The notes: generated by a model from the sequence alone, not told the origin. Positions 39,516 to 52,588 are shown, numbered from the stretch's first letter. The stretch is 64,000 nucleotides of DNA from Podarcis muralis (GCF_964188315.1 NC_135660.1:64666001-64730000); one strand, 5' to 3'. Numbers and translations are program-made.

Positions 39516-41324
39516 TGAGTTTAGTCTTGGCTTTCTTTTTCTTCCGCACTCTTTTGTGTAAACACAACCTTCCTTCTCCGGCTTCATGTTATGTCTGTAG
39601 CTTAAATCGTCATTTGTACAAACACATGCCTCTCTTCTTATTGCTTGCTTGTTTGTTCTATTCTCGGAAAGTAGCCAGGAATGTGTTGTAGCAAGCAATC
39701 CACGCCATCCAGGTCCTCGTTATTCCTTGCACTTCTCTATTATCCTGAAGTTGTGCTCCTTGTAAAGAAGTAACTGAAGGTGTGCCAGGCAGAAAACCCC
39801 CCAAAATATTATCTTCCAGCCGATCTCTAGATAGGCCACACAATGGGTCTCTGACTTCCCCTCCACTGTAAAAAGGATGTGTTGATGTCTGAAAATGTTT
39901 AGAAAACTGTGTTTAGCTTACCAGGAAGCTATTGGCTGACATTCAGTGTCATTTGGGAAGCTGGAAGAACAAAAAGGCAACAAGTGTTTCTGACATCCCC
40001 AGGAGATCAGTCAGTCATTTCCGTCAGCTACTCCACTGAGTCTAGGCTTCCCTTAAATTCAACCATCTACTGACTTACAAAGAGCAGTGGGTCCCGTCCC
40101 CCCACTTTACATTCCTACTTGAGTACATCCATGTGGAGACATGTGGAGTAACCAAAGACCAGAGCACAGACAGTTAAAGCATCAACATGTAAATAATTAG
40201 CGAACATAACATCCAGAATAAGTGGCTATTCTGATGCCCAAAAAACTGGCTGTCCTTTTACTCTGCATCCAATCGCATGCCCTCATTTTCTCTTTAGCAT
40301 CTCTCTTTTTAACTACCTCCAGCTGTCGATCCCAACAAAGACACTCTCTTATCTGTCACTCACTCCACCTCTACCCAGCATTTCATCACATTCCTGTCCT
40401 CACTCCTCCAGGGACGGAAACCGTTTTCAGCTCAGGGGCGTGCGGACCTTCTGAGGGTCCATTGACTGGGCAGAGGCAAAAGTGAAGTTTTGTGGGTGTG
40501 ATTTTGCACATAAGGCTACATTCTAGCCAGCCATAACACTATACATCTCTCCATCTCGGGCAGCAAAAGGCACAATCACAAAAGGCATTGCCACAAGAAT
40601 ACATTCCAGCCAGACAAGATCACTTAGAGTACAGAGCTGGGCCAGTGACATTTGTCTCCTGGCAGAGTCCTGAGGGCCCAACAGAGAGATATGGGGGGGC
40701 AGGTTTGGCCCCTAGGCCTGAAATTTCCTACTCTTGCTGTGTCCAAAAGACCAATTACACCAGGCCTAATATTCTGACACAATGACTTGCTTCCAGAAAA
40801 GTTTCCTAACTAGCAGGTCTTAAGAGCTCTGTCTTCCCACACTTCTGAAAGCAACTTCCCATGTCACTCCACACACAAATCATTTCCAATTTTTAAAATA
40901 ACATCAGGAGGACCATCTGATGAGTGGTGGTGAAATAAGCCAGGGCGCATGTGGCAAGTTCTTGACATACGTGGAAAGGGCCCTTTGGGTTCCAGCTAAA
41001 GTTTGGCACTCAGGGCTTTCATAAAATACATTAATAATTTGAAGCTGGGAGCAAGAGCTTTCTCTTTTAAACAGCAGCAGCAGCAGCAACATCTTACAAA
41101 AGAGTTATTGGGGAGAGGGGAAGAATTCTTAGTGATGTGCACTACATATTTTGTATCTTGTAAATGTAATAAGATCCTGTATCAGTTTTGGTCTGTCTCT
41201 GTTACAAATAAAAGAATATATGGTCAAAATGATTCCAAAGTATGGTAGGTGCAAAATGAGCTTCTTTAAGAGAGATTCCACAACCAGGGTGCCACCACTA
41301 AAGAGGTCCCTTCCCTAGCTGCCA

Positions 41325-41498
41325 CCCACTGAATCCTTGGCAGCTGGCCATCCAACCTCTGCTTAAAATCCTCCAAGGAAGGAGAGTCCACCACCTTCCA
41401 AGGTAGTCTATTCCACCGTTGAACAGCTCTCTCCATCAGAAAGTTCTACCTAATGTTTAGTCAGAATCTCCTTTCTTGCAATTTGAATCCACTGGTTT
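41325..41498 (-). mobile_element. CR1 LINE 3' fragment
   Basis: ggccatccaacctctgcttaaaatcctccaaggaaggagagtccaccacc. Confidence 0.8.
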
Positions 41499-42832
41499 GT
41501 AAGTACTTCCGTTTATTGATTTTTTCTTTTCTTTATGAAGCAACCACATCTGCTGGCATAAAACAGGACCAACCCTACCATAGCAGAGGGAAGTAGATAT
41601 GCGGGGGAGGTCAACATCCCTCCCATTCCTCTAGAGAATTTTAAGCTAGCCTGCCTTGTGCTCCCAAAGCTGGGCTGCTGCTCCCAGATGCAGGGGAGGG
41701 TGCTGCTGACAGCACTAGTGCTGAATAAGAAGAATTATACTGTCAGACCAACTGGATTCTATACTCAAAATGGGTGGGGGCTCCAGGGAGCAACATGTCT
41801 TGGCACGGCCCTGGACTAACGTGATAGAAAACGTTCCCACGCATATGGATGAAAACCATGATTGTGTGGAAAGGGTTGAGTTTTCCCTGCCTCTGTGTTC
41901 CACCATTCAACAACTTTGTCAATCTGGTTGCCATATGGTGATGTCTAGTCTACTTGCCTTGGAATGGTTCACTGTCTGATGTTGCAGTGCAGAGCTGCAC
42001 ATCTGATAGACGAAAGCCAGAGTTTTTAGGGTGGTATGCTGTGATTTTGGACCAAATCAAAGCTTGCCCTTCAGAACAGCTGCTGAAATGTAAAGGCAAA
42101 ATATTGTTTTGGACCAAATCTGGTGCCTTCCTGATGCTGTTGGGGGCTTCAGTTCCCACCACCCCTGCTCATGGGCTGTGGTAGCTTAAGGGAGTCAAAC
42201 AACATCTCTGCAGAGCATCAAGCTGGCTATTCTTGTGCACATTTACCAAATGGGCATACCAAGCACATTTAACATTGTGGCCCTGTTTCCTGTGCATCAC
42301 TGCCTTCGGAGAAGTCAGCTGGTGAAGACACAGCCTAACTGGAAAAGTTTCCTGTTTCTCCGTTTCAGAAACACGCTGACTATTTAAGAAGGCAAAGTGC
42401 ATCCCTCGTGTCTGCCAGAAATCTCTTCAACTGTTTACTCTTTGAATAAAAAGAGAAGCTACTTCATGAGCTTTTTTATTATCTTAGATTAGAGAAAACC
42501 AGTAAAGTATACAATAGTTGTTGAATCCCTCTTCCTGGCTTCCTTTCATTTCCCCAAAATGACATTAAAGCGGGAAACTATTATTCATTTTCTTCTTTAA
42601 TAAGTGCTCAAGGTTTCCATATAGCATTTCCACTGTACACATGGGTTCATGCCAAGCTGTAACACCTTTAACATCCCATCAAACACGGTAGGCTATCATA
42701 ATTATTACAACCATCACATACGTATTTACAATAGCATCATTAAGTCCACTCCACCTCCACTGCTGTCCCTCCCCTTTGCAATAGTATTTTCAAGACCAGG
42801 AAACATTGGCCCCCAAACTTCTTGGTGCACCA

Positions 42833-42834
<2 letters not shown>

Positions 42835-42878
<44 letters not shown>
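42835..42878. repeat. (TG)n microsatellite
   Basis: Pure dinucleotide run. Confidence 0.97.
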
Positions 42879-42882
<4 letters not shown>

Positions 42883-43409
42883 TAAAAAATCACTAATCCC
42901 TTGATGCTTTATGAACTGATCATACATATCCCAAATGAGATAGAATATTTTTAACTTTAAGGATGTGTTTTCCTAGAATGTCTCTTTAACCTGTGCTTAC
43001 TGTACACGGTCATGCCATTTCCTTTTGTGAATTTACAATAGGTCCATGGCATTCCAAAGCTGTGTCCACAACCAGGCTGTTTCTTGACCTCTGACCAAAT
43101 GTTCCACCTCTGTTTCAATTAAAAGAATACATGCAGTGCAAAACAGTAATTACTCCACCCCCCAACAGTTCTGCCTTGAGATTGATGTAGAAAAAGGCAG
43201 CAAATTTACCAGCAAAGGACAATGGGTGCTGGGTCCAGTAAAACAGTAGTGTGAAGCTGCAACCCTTTTTAATAGAAGTTTGCATCAGAAAATTGATTGG
43301 AATAACTTATTGCATAGGCAATGTTAACATATTCAAGACAGAGATGGGATTTATTGTTATCATTATTATTACTGCATTCTTATAATTTTATTTAGCAACC
43401 TACACTTTG

Positions 43410-43648
43410 GCCAACCTAGCAGTTCGAAAGCACGTCTAAGTGCAAGTAGATAAATAGGTACCGCTCTGGCGGGAAGGTAAACGGCGTTTCCGTGCGCTGC
43501 TCTGGTTCATCAGAAGTGACTTAGTCATACTGGCCACATGACCCGGAAGCTGTACACCGGCTCCCTCTGCCAGTAAAGCGAGATGAGCGCTGCAACCCAG
43601 AGTCATCCGTGACTGGACCTAATGGTCAGGGGTCCCTTTACCTTTACC
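43410..43648 (+). mobile_element. 5'-truncated Sauria SINE
   Basis: ccaacctagcagttcgaaagcac ... gtcaggggtccctttacctttacc. Confidence 0.92.
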
Positions 43649-44204
43649 CTTTGGCTAGCATAGCTTCCGTAGCAGTTTCATAATGCTTAAGCATTAAGCA
43701 TCTATAGTATGGAGATAATAGTTACCTACTGTATTTACTAAATCTTTGCTCATTTATTTATGTATTTCATAACCCACACTTTCACACACACAAATGTCAA
43801 GGCGGTGTATAACATGTAAAAATAAAATTGGCACAAAATATCAATGAAAACACCATTAAAGGAAATAAATAAATTTTGAGAACATTCATATTGCAAAGGC
43901 CTATCCAAAAAAATATAATTTTCAAATATGTCTAAAACAAGGGAGGGATGGTTTCTACTGGGAGGCAGCAGGGCTTCCACACTAAAAGCTCAGTCCTGCA
44001 CTTCAGGGCTGTGGGTAACAATCACAAGTGTCCAAAGTTATTTAAGGCTTTGTAAATCAACACAACTTACACAAGATGAATGACAAATAAAACAGTCCCA
44101 CCCTGACAAATGGGCACCAGAGAGTGTTGCTGTAATGGTGCCACTGGTGGAGACAGATATTGAGTTCTGCTCAGCAGCTCTGCTACAGACTGACAGGCAT
44201 GACA

Positions 44205-44388
44205 TTTCCATGCACTCTGGTTTCCATCACGGTGTTCTATTGCACCAGAAGCAGTTTAGTCATTCTGGCCACATGACTCGGAAAGCTGTCTGTGGACAAA
44301 CGCCGGGTCCCTCAGCCTGAAGCAAGATGAGCAACGCACCCCATAGTCGCCTTTGACTGGACTTAACCGCCCGAGGGTCATTTACCTT
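44205..44388 (+). mobile_element. Old, degenerate Sauria SINE 3' fragment
   Basis: ttagtcattctggccacatgactcggaa ... gactggacttaacc ... catttacct. Confidence 0.7.
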
Positions 44389-45379
44389 GACATAGCTTGT
44401 GAACCTGTAGGTTCACAATTCTATAGCTGCTTACCTGGGAGTAAGCCCCATTGAACTCAGTGAGACTTACTTCTGAGCAGACATGCAGAGGATTGTACAC
44501 ATTTGGATGCTCTATAGAAATGTGAAGGATTAATCAATGGGATTTTTCTCTGAGCACCACATACAAACATGTATCAGCCAACTTCTGGGACACCAGCTCC
44601 CCTTGCACTGTCCTCTCCCTGAATTGTTTCCATTGCAACTGTAGCTTTAAGAACTGGCGCCAGAGTTTGCTTGCTTTGTTTCTACACACACCCGGGCCCA
44701 TCTTGCAATTAGGACAGTAAATCGGCTGGAGGGACTGTTTTATTTGTCATTCGTCTTGTGTACGCTGTTCTGTGGGTGTGGTCAGCTGAAGATAAAGCTA
44801 ATGCTTAAAAATAAATAAATATGTAAGAGAGAGTCTAGAACAGTGGTTTTTAAAGTGTGTTCCAAGTAACACTCTGCTTCTTGGAATTGTATGAAGAGAA
44901 GGGATGGAGGAGTCTGGTTTTGGTTTGTGTCACTTAAACAAGCTTTTAGTCATCAGTCCAGTCTGTCCCATTTCTGCACGAATATGCAGGGATCTTTTTT
45001 TGGGGGGAGGGGGACCCTCTCCATCTACATACATATTTGAATATGTATTTATATGTGTGTTTTCTATCAAAATATGTATCTCCATCCACATTTTACATGT
45101 TTAAACTGCTGAGAACTACACTCTGACATTCAAAAAAACTGCAAGATCTGTTGGATAACTAAGTTCTTATCAGGATGTTAGTCTGAGAGGTGGAAATTCA
45201 CATATGAAGTCACAAAAAATGAATGCCTCAGCCATTGCTAATCAGGAGTTCCTCTCTGAAGAGCCAGATTTTATACGTCACTTCCTCATGCAGGGATCTG
45301 GGGTGGGGCAACCCAGAGTTACTGGGTTATTATTATTATTATTATTCTGTGGCCTGGAGGTAGACTGCATATTCACATA

Positions 45380-45621
45380 CAGTGGTACCTCGGGTTACAT
45401 ACGCTTCAGGTTACATATGCTTCAGGTTACAGACTCCGCTAACCCAGAAATATTACCTCAGGTTAAGAACTTTGCTTCAGGATGAGAACAGAAATCGTGC
45501 TCCGGCGGCGCGGCAGCAGCAGGAGGCCCCATTAGCTAAAGTGGTGCTTCAGGTTAAGAACAGTTTCAGGTTAAGAACGGACCTCCAGAATGAATTAAGT
45601 ACTTAACCTGAGGTACCACTG
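45380..45621 (+). mobile_element. pogo/Tigger-type MITE, TA TSD
   Basis: ta|cagtggtacctcgggtt ... aacctgaggtaccactg|ta. Confidence 0.92.
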
Positions 45622-46146
45622 TACTGCATTTTCCACAACTACATTGTGCTCAAAGCAGTCCAGAGAATAGACAATTTAAGCACAATGGCCATCAACAAAT
45701 AAAAATGTGCTACAGTGTACCATTGATATTTCAACAGATACCTCAGATGTGACAACTAGACGTGATCCAGGTGGTGTGGATGCCTGCACAGTTACAAACT
45801 GTTTACCTGTTCAGCATCATACTTAAACAAGGCTGGTGGATATAGCCAGTATCCTTCACAATACATATGCAAAGACATTATCTAGCAGATGGACACATGT
45901 AGAAAGGCTGCAGTCCTAAAACTTATCAAACATCTGGCGTGTGAGGAGGAACATACTTGTGAGTCCCTTCCTTCGAGAACATCAGTCTTAGGCTGGTGCG
46001 ATTTAGAAATTGCAAATTAGGGAGGTTCACCTTGGAAAGTGAAATGAATCCATTTCTTCCTCATTCCTAAGAGGAATCAAATATTCCCCAATTAATTGCA
46101 CTCTGTTGGCATTATGGTGCATTATGTTGTTTGTTGCATGTCTTGA

Positions 46147-46295
46147 AATCATAGAATTGTAGAGTTGGAAGGGACCACCAGGGTCATCTAGTCCAGCTCT
46201 CTGCAAGGCAGTGGGAATATTCTGCCCAACATGGGGCTCAAACCCACAACTCTGAGATGACGAGTCTCGTGCTCTACCGACTGAGCTACTTGGGC
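46147..46295 (-). mobile_element. Short tRNA-Lys-derived SINE with CR1 tail
   Basis: Reverse strand reads tagctcagtcggtagagcacgagactc ... gagccccatgttgggc, then ggactagatgacc ... ccttccaactctacaattctatgatt. Confidence 0.85.
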
Positions 46296-46429
46296 TGGCC
46301 TTGACTTTCAAGCATCTGTTGAAGCCCTTTTCATGTGGACTGATGTCTGCAGCTGTTTAAATTGCAGGCACTTTAATGATTACTGTATAGTTTGTGTTTT
46401 ATGTTTTACTGTTGTACACTGTCCCAATA

Positions 46430-46655
46430 CAGTGGTACCTCGGGTTATAAACACTTCGGGTTACAGACTCTGCTAACCCAGAAATAGTACTTCAGGTTAA
46501 GAACTTTGCCCTAGGATGAGAACAGAAATCGGGTGGTGGCGGCATGGCAGCAGCAGGAGGCCCCATTAGCTAAAGTGGTGCTTCAGGTTAAGAACATTTT
46601 CAGGTTAAGAACGGACCTCCGGAACAAATTAAGTTTGTAACCAGAGGTACCACTG
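46430..46655 (+). mobile_element. pogo/Tigger-type MITE
   Basis: ta|cagtggtacctcgggtt ... aaccagaggtaccactg. Confidence 0.9.
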
Positions 46656-46716
46656 TGTACATATTTGATTATACTTTTAAACAAAATAACTAACTAAATT
46701 TGTGTAGTTCCTCTTG

Positions 46717-46794
46717 GAAGAAGAAGAAGAAGAAGAAGAAGAAGAAGAAGAAGAAGAAGAAGAAGAAGAAGAAGAAGAAGAAGAAGAAGAAGAA
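46717..46794. repeat. (GAA)n microsatellite
   Basis: Pure run; explains the poly-Ser ORF on the minus strand. Confidence 0.98.
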
Positions 46795-47315
46795 AAGCAG
46801 CCCTGTGCTTCAACAGGCAGGTGAAATTTGAAATGTCTCAAGGTAAACAGACTCAAGTGGAGAAGAGGGCTGACTATACAATCCGAACAAGTACAATAAA
46901 GAGGCCATTTCTGCCACATGTTTTGAGTCACGTAGCTCATAGGAGTAGCATGCAAGTGTGGAAAAAAGCCAGATCTTTGGACTAAAACATAAATACATCG
47001 GTGGCAATTAAAAGTATTATTTATGAACCCCAAAGCCACTTCCCCAAGTGCATCTGAGTTGTTGTGCTTGCTCACTGCTCTCCTACCAGCAATTAAAATC
47101 GAGGTTAGCAAACCATGCTTATCCGCTTCATGCAATCTGTGGTTGATGAGGAACAGTTAATTCCAGTTTATGGAGAACCTCTGGCACCAAATGATTTCCG
47201 TTTGTGGCTACTCGTAACCACCACTCAGTCCCATGGCTGCCGGCGAAGCTTTCACCCTCCTGCTTTGGAAAACAGATTCTTTGGGACAATGCAATGACAA
47301 ACAAACTTCTAAATA

Positions 47316-47687
47316 AAAAGGTAAAGGTAAAGGACCCCTGACAGTTAAGTCCAGTTGCAGACAACTCTGGGGTTGCGGCGCTCATCTCGCTTTCAGGCTG
47401 AGGGAGCTGGCATTTGTCTGCATTCAGTTTTTCCGGGTCATGTGGCCAGCATGACTAAGCTGCTTCTGGCGAAACCAGAGCAGCGCACGGAAACACCGTT
47501 TACCTTCCCACCAGAGCGGTACCTAGTTATCTACTTGCAATTTTTGGCATACTTTCGAACTGCTAGGTTGGCAGGAGCTGGGACCGAGCAACGGGAGCTC
47601 ACCCCATCACAGGGATTCGAACCACCAACCTTCTGATCCGCAAGCCCAAGAGGCTCAGTGGTTTAGACCACAGAGCCACCCGTGCCC
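47316..47687 (-). mobile_element. Full-length Sauria SINE with 14-bp TSD
   Basis: TSD caaacttctaaata at 47302-47315 and 47688-47701. Confidence 0.95.
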
Positions 47688-48951
47688 CAAACTTCTAAAT
47701 AGCATGGATGAATTGGTTTGTGTTAACCTGATGCTGACTCGATAGCCATAATGATATATTTTTTATGACTTCCAATAATAACAAAGAAGATAAAAGTTTG
47801 CATTGCATCTTCTACAAAAGTTCTAATTTCAATTTTGGATCAACCTGTCATATTTTAAAATATATGCTCCCTCCATTCTTGATAATATGATCTTGGAGTT
47901 TACTATAGTCTACAGGTGTGCAGCAGCAGAGTTTAAGTAGAGCTGTTCTTGCATTTAAAAATCTGCCAGCTGCAATGCTATGGCCACTTACTTGGGAGTA
48001 AGTTCGTTTTAATTCTGAGTAGGCATGGTTGGGATTGAAAAAGTCAAGTAATCACATGGGCATAGCTTGCAGTCTAACACACATTAACCTAAAAGCAAGT
48101 GCCATTGAACTCAAAGACTTACCTCTGAGTAGACAAGTATGGGATTGCACTGTTAGTAGGTTAAGCAATTACTCTTGCATACAATTACAAACAACATTCC
48201 CATAGCAAAAGACCCTTTGTTTTTTATTTATATATAAGTAACAATCTTATAAGAGGCATTCTCACCTGTGTGGGAGAGATTGGTGGGGGAGCTTTTAAAA
48301 AAATAATAATGCTTGCCACCTGCAGCTTTTATAAATATTTGTATTAAAGCAGTTCTTTTAAAACTGCTTGACAATTAATTGGGGCACTTTTATGGTCCAC
48401 CAGTAAATTTCAGAGAGATTAACCTAACCGATAAATTAGTTAAAGCTGCCCTGAGTTTAAGGTTTCATGTGTAACTGAAACTTGAGCAACATAACTTGCA
48501 CAGATCATTTTATAGCTATATATATATTAATAATGCTAAAATAATTGTGGCAGGCTGTGTGAAAGGCAGTAATTTCCAGAAATGAGTTTGGCAGTTTGTT
48601 TGTTTTTAGCAATCCAATTCATTCATTTCCCTCCTGGGGGGGAAACGGCTGCCAGCACCATTCTTGGTATAGTGGTTGTTTGGCTCCACGCTCTGGAAGA
48701 TCTTAGGGCAGTCAGCATAGAGGACTTTCAACACCAATAGTTGTGTAACTGGAAGACAAGGATTGGGTGCTGGAAGGATTTTGGGGCTCAATCTCATTTT
48801 TTTTTTAAAGTAAAAAAACATGTTTAAAAATTGGAACTCTGTTTTCTTTCCTGGAAAAAAAGACACCAACTTCCTGAATTTATTTCTTATTAGAATGCTG
48901 CCATCTGGTGGATACTTCCACAAAGGGAAAACACATTCAGTTTATTGATTA

Positions 48952-49726
48952 TGTTAAGGATGTTTGACTTTCTCCCCATCATACAAATATCACATAACAG
49001 CTCAGGAAACCTCTTTTCCTGTTGCAGACTGCATTAACTTGGAGAACAGGAGTACAGTGGTACCTTGGGTCCGTTCTTAACCTGAAACTGTTCTTAACCT
49101 GAGGTACCACTTTAGCTAATGGGGCTGCTGCCATATGATTTCTGTTCTCATCCTGAAGCAAAATTCTTAACCCGAAGTACTATTTCTGGGTTAGCAGACT
49201 CTGTAACCTGAAGCGACTGTAACCTGAAGCGTCTGTAACCCAAGGTACCACTGTACTCTCAGAGACCACAGACTGGCAGTCAGTGAAGCCAGTATGGAAA
49301 AAGAGTTCAGATTTAAGGCATATGGAATAACAGACTGCCCTGCGGTTAGGCATTGGCAGGGGTAATTGTTATGCAAATGAAGGGGGGAAGGAAGCGCCAT
49401 CACCTTCCCCCAAGGAAAAAGGGTAGTTCGGTAGAGGACTCCAGGGGGCATTGGCTTTGTCCGAAACCTAGGGAGGTAAGGGCCTCTGGCACGCCCCCGA
49501 GCGGTGACACCTGTGGGATCCTAGTTGGCGTACTTCAACAGGACTCCCATGGCTTGTGGATAACCCTTCCCGGTTTCCATGCTGGGTAGTCGATAGGAGC
49601 CAATGCCTAAGGCCAATACCTTTCAATTCTGTAATCAATAAAGTTGTGGCCTTTTATGCCCATTAACCTTAAATAATGTGTCCGGTGTCTTTATTTCACA
49701 TGGGGGGAGGGGCCTTGCCACGCAAC
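48952..49726 (+). mobile_element. Probable LTR-like element interrupted by the 49055 MITE
   Basis: tgttaagg start and caataaagttgtggcc near 49636. No TSD resolved. Confidence 0.35.
49055..49253 (-). mobile_element. pogo/Tigger-type MITE (reverse orientation), TA TSD
   Basis: ta|cagtggtaccttgggt ... acccaaggtaccactg|ta. Confidence 0.9.
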
Positions 49727-50669
49727 TTTCACCATGGCTATCACAGACTCCCCAAGCTGATGGGGTCTGCTTAGACGTAAGCCCTGCTGGTTTCAATGAG
49801 AATAACCTCAAAAGCCATGGAAGGACCTGCCAATGTTTGTTCTCTGTTTCTCCTCTTGCCAATGTCAAATTTGGCTCTACACATTTTTGTAGCAATTTGT
49901 GATTAATTTCTTTTTAAAATCCTCATGACAATTCATCAGTGTTTGGGTGTGATTTTCTCCTAATAAACAAATGCATTGCTATTATTTGTGCAAATGTTTT
50001 AATTTCTCTTCCTTCCCCCTTTTGCTGTTTTTTTCTTTGGGGGAGGGGATTGGAATGACTTTTGCCTCTTGAATTATGGAAAAAAGGTTGAAACCACCGT
50101 TACAGCCCTCATTTAATATATAGGCCAGGCCTACACATTTCTCTTGGGAGGGAATGACTCATTCCTGAGGTGCTTTTCTTAAAATAAAAATAAAAAAGAG
50201 GAAGAGAAGAAGAAAGGTTTGAATAGCCACAGCTGCTGGGGAAATTCCATTCTATCTAAAGTTCGCCACCAGACGGAAATGCAAGGTCTGTGCACCTTTT
50301 AGGAAGGAAAGGGTATACCGTAATCTACATCAGCTTCATGTGAGCAGGAGAGCTTGGTCTGGCTCCTGAAATATTTGAGTCATTTTCTCCTCCTCCATTT
50401 CTTTTTTTCTGCTTGACCCAACACATCCAGTCTTAGAGCCTGTAGTTTGGGAGTTAGAGACCCCCATCCGCAGGGCCATTTCTAGAAAGTAATGGCAGGG
50501 AACTTCTGTTTGGCCCCATAGTAGGGATGGGGGAGAAATTCAATTCAGTTAGCATTTGTGCTTTCTGAAACAATAGGCAAACTGAAACATGCAGTCCTCA
50601 TTCAAAACTCATGCTTCTCCAAATTTTGCATTGCAGTTCTCCAGCCATGGAATGGGTACAAAAATGAAT

Positions 50670-51025
50670 AAAGGTAAAGGTAAAGGGACCCCTGACCATT
50701 AGGTCCAGTCATGGCCGACTCTGGGGTTGTGGCGCTCATCTCGCTTTATTGGCCGAGGGAGGCGGCGTACAGCTTCCGGGTCATGTGGCCAGCATGACTA
50801 AGCCACTTCTGGCAAACCAGAGCAGTGCACGGAAATGCCGTTTACCTTCCCGCCGGAGCAGTACCTATTTATCTACTTGCACTTTGATGTGCTTTTGAAC
50901 TGCTAGGTTGGCAGGATCAGGGACCGAGCAATGGGAGCTCACCCTGTCGCGGGGATTCGAACCGCCAACCTTCTGATTGGCAAGTCCTAGGCTCTGTGGT
51001 TTAACCCACAGCACCACCCGCGTCC
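50670..51025 (-). mobile_element. Full-length Sauria SINE inserted in an older AT-rich repeat
   Basis: aaggtaaagggacccctgacc ... cacagcaccacccgcgtcc. The flanks tgaata / tgcata may be a short TSD. Confidence 0.95.
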
Positions 51026-51469
51026 TGCATACACTAGGGTAAAACATACTATTTGCACTGTTAGGGGGGGGAAATGTATATATGTAGATCTCTCGCTCTC
51101 TCGCTTGCTCTCCTCTTAATGGGGCAAAATATACTTGGGGGGTTGCAATTTCCATTTTGGAAAATGGCACAGCAGCAAAGCGTTGGTTTTCCTGCATCAT
51201 GTCCTAATACGGACCACACACACGCAGCTGTTATTTGCAAACATGTAAAAATGGGTGAGTTGCATTCAAACATCTCTGTTGCCAGGCCTAATTGGCCTTT
51301 GGAGGATGTTCAGAATGGGTATATAGAAATTTGTAGGCGGGTTTCAGATGAAGGTGCTGGAACAAATCATAATATTCTTTGAATGGTAAGAAATTTCACA
51401 GGTAATTTATATAGGATCCATCTTTTCATGAGGAGAGAATAGTGGAGAATAGTGATACCTTTTTAAATA

Positions 51470-51790
51470 AACTGTTTATTTACATATTTACAGGCTGAAC
51501 CGATTTTATAGGCTGCAACAGCACTCTCAAGTGACTTACAAGGAGAAATAAAACCATGTGAAATTCAATAACAATAAAAACAAAGAGGTAACAGAAAGCA
51601 AAAGTAGCTTAAAGTTAAAACAGATTAAAAGGCCTAGAAAATAATATTAAGGTTTTTGACTAGCACTAAATTCACTCCAAGGCAGGCACCAACCAGCCAA
51701 GCCACTTTGGGCAGGGCATTACACAGCCAGGGTGCCACCACTGAAAAGACCCACTCTCCTGCAGTGATAAACAAACACATAAACAGTGCT
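51470..51790 (-). mobile_element. Decayed L2 3' fragment downstream of the FAS stop
   Basis: gggcagggcatttacacagccagggtgccaccactgaaaagaccc, a reverse L2 motif also seen at about 16.64 kb. Confidence 0.6.
51475..51480 (-). terminator. Candidate distal FAS poly(A) signal (AATAAA) at the tail of an L2-like fragment
   Basis: tttatt on the + strand, about 800 nt after the stop codon. Confidence 0.35.
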
Positions 51791-51969
51791 GGCCTGCAAG
51801 CAGTATCGTTTCAGCACTTTAGAAAGAGAGCTGTGCTGAATATTCCCGAATTTTGAATTTTGGGTTGACAAATCAATTTTCTTTTTCCCCCAGAGAAAGA
51901 AGAAAGATTTCATGAATATTTGTTTCGTTTTCCTGAATTAGTGTGATCCCATTCGATGAAGAATTTACT

Positions 51970-52151
51970 CAGTGTTTCTCAACTTTTTTTTTTTAATCCA
52001 TGCCTCCTTTTCTCTGCTATACAAATCTCATGCTCCTCTTCAAACAAGGCTCCTTTATTTCATTTGAACTTCTAAAGAATTTAAATATCATGGAAGCACT
52101 CATACCCTCCTTCCCTTTAGATCCTCATGCACCCCTCATAGAGAAACACTG
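51970..52151. mobile_element. hAT-type MITE in the FAS 3' UTR
   Basis: Perfect 11-bp TIRs cagtgtttctc / gagaaacactg. TSD not conserved. Confidence 0.7.
52054..52059 (-). terminator. Candidate proximal FAS poly(A) signal (AATAAA), inside a MITE
   Basis: tttatt on the + strand, first AATAAA downstream of the stop codon, about 220 nt after it. Confidence 0.4.
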
Positions 52152-52281
52152 GATTACGAGAACAGAATGAAGTCATACACTTTGTAGCCAATCTGCTATT
52201 TGATGACACCAACGAAAGCATGAGGTGAGCAGAAGATCAACTGAATGTATATAAACCAGTGATCAGGAAGGAGCCTGATTG

Positions 52282-52565
52282 CTATTTTCTTGCACCATTT
52301 ATTTTTTCTTCAATCTTATCAGCAGTGGCACGAAAGCGAAGGTCTCTCAGTGTGGTGATCAAAGTCTTGTAAGCATCTTTCATCCCATGTTCTTGGTACC
52401 AACATTCCAACAGCTTTATTTTCTGCTCAGCACCATCATTTGGATTATCATTTATGATCACATCTATGCGACTGGGCTTCACATTCAGTCTCCGAACAAA
52501 AGCCTTGACGTCTGACTGCCGCATCTCCTCTGCAATAACAGGAATGTGAGGGAGCAGATCAATAT
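52282..52565 (-). CDS. FAS: FAS exon 9 (death domain): DIDLLPHIPVIAEEMRQSDVKAFVRRLNVKPSRIDVIINDNPNDGAEQKIKLLECWYQEHGMKDAYKTLITTLRDLRFRATADKIEEKINGARK*
   Basis: ttttcctttctag|AT, TAG stop at 52282-52284. Clear Fas DD motifs (FVR, KID/RID, AEQK, LLxxW, AYxTLI). Confidence 0.97.
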
Positions 52566-52588
52566 CTAGAAAGGAAAAATGGGGGAAA

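Noticed and set aside
46147-46295. tRNA-Lys-like sequence
   Set aside because: It has a mutated anticodon and T arms and is fused to a CR1 tail, so it is a SINE head and not a tRNA gene.
1-52000. Expected syntenic neighbours downstream of FAS (CH25H, LIPA, IFIT, SLC16A12)
   Set aside because: No ORF or exon resembling them. CH25H and IFIT need single long ORFs, and none over 187 aa exists here.
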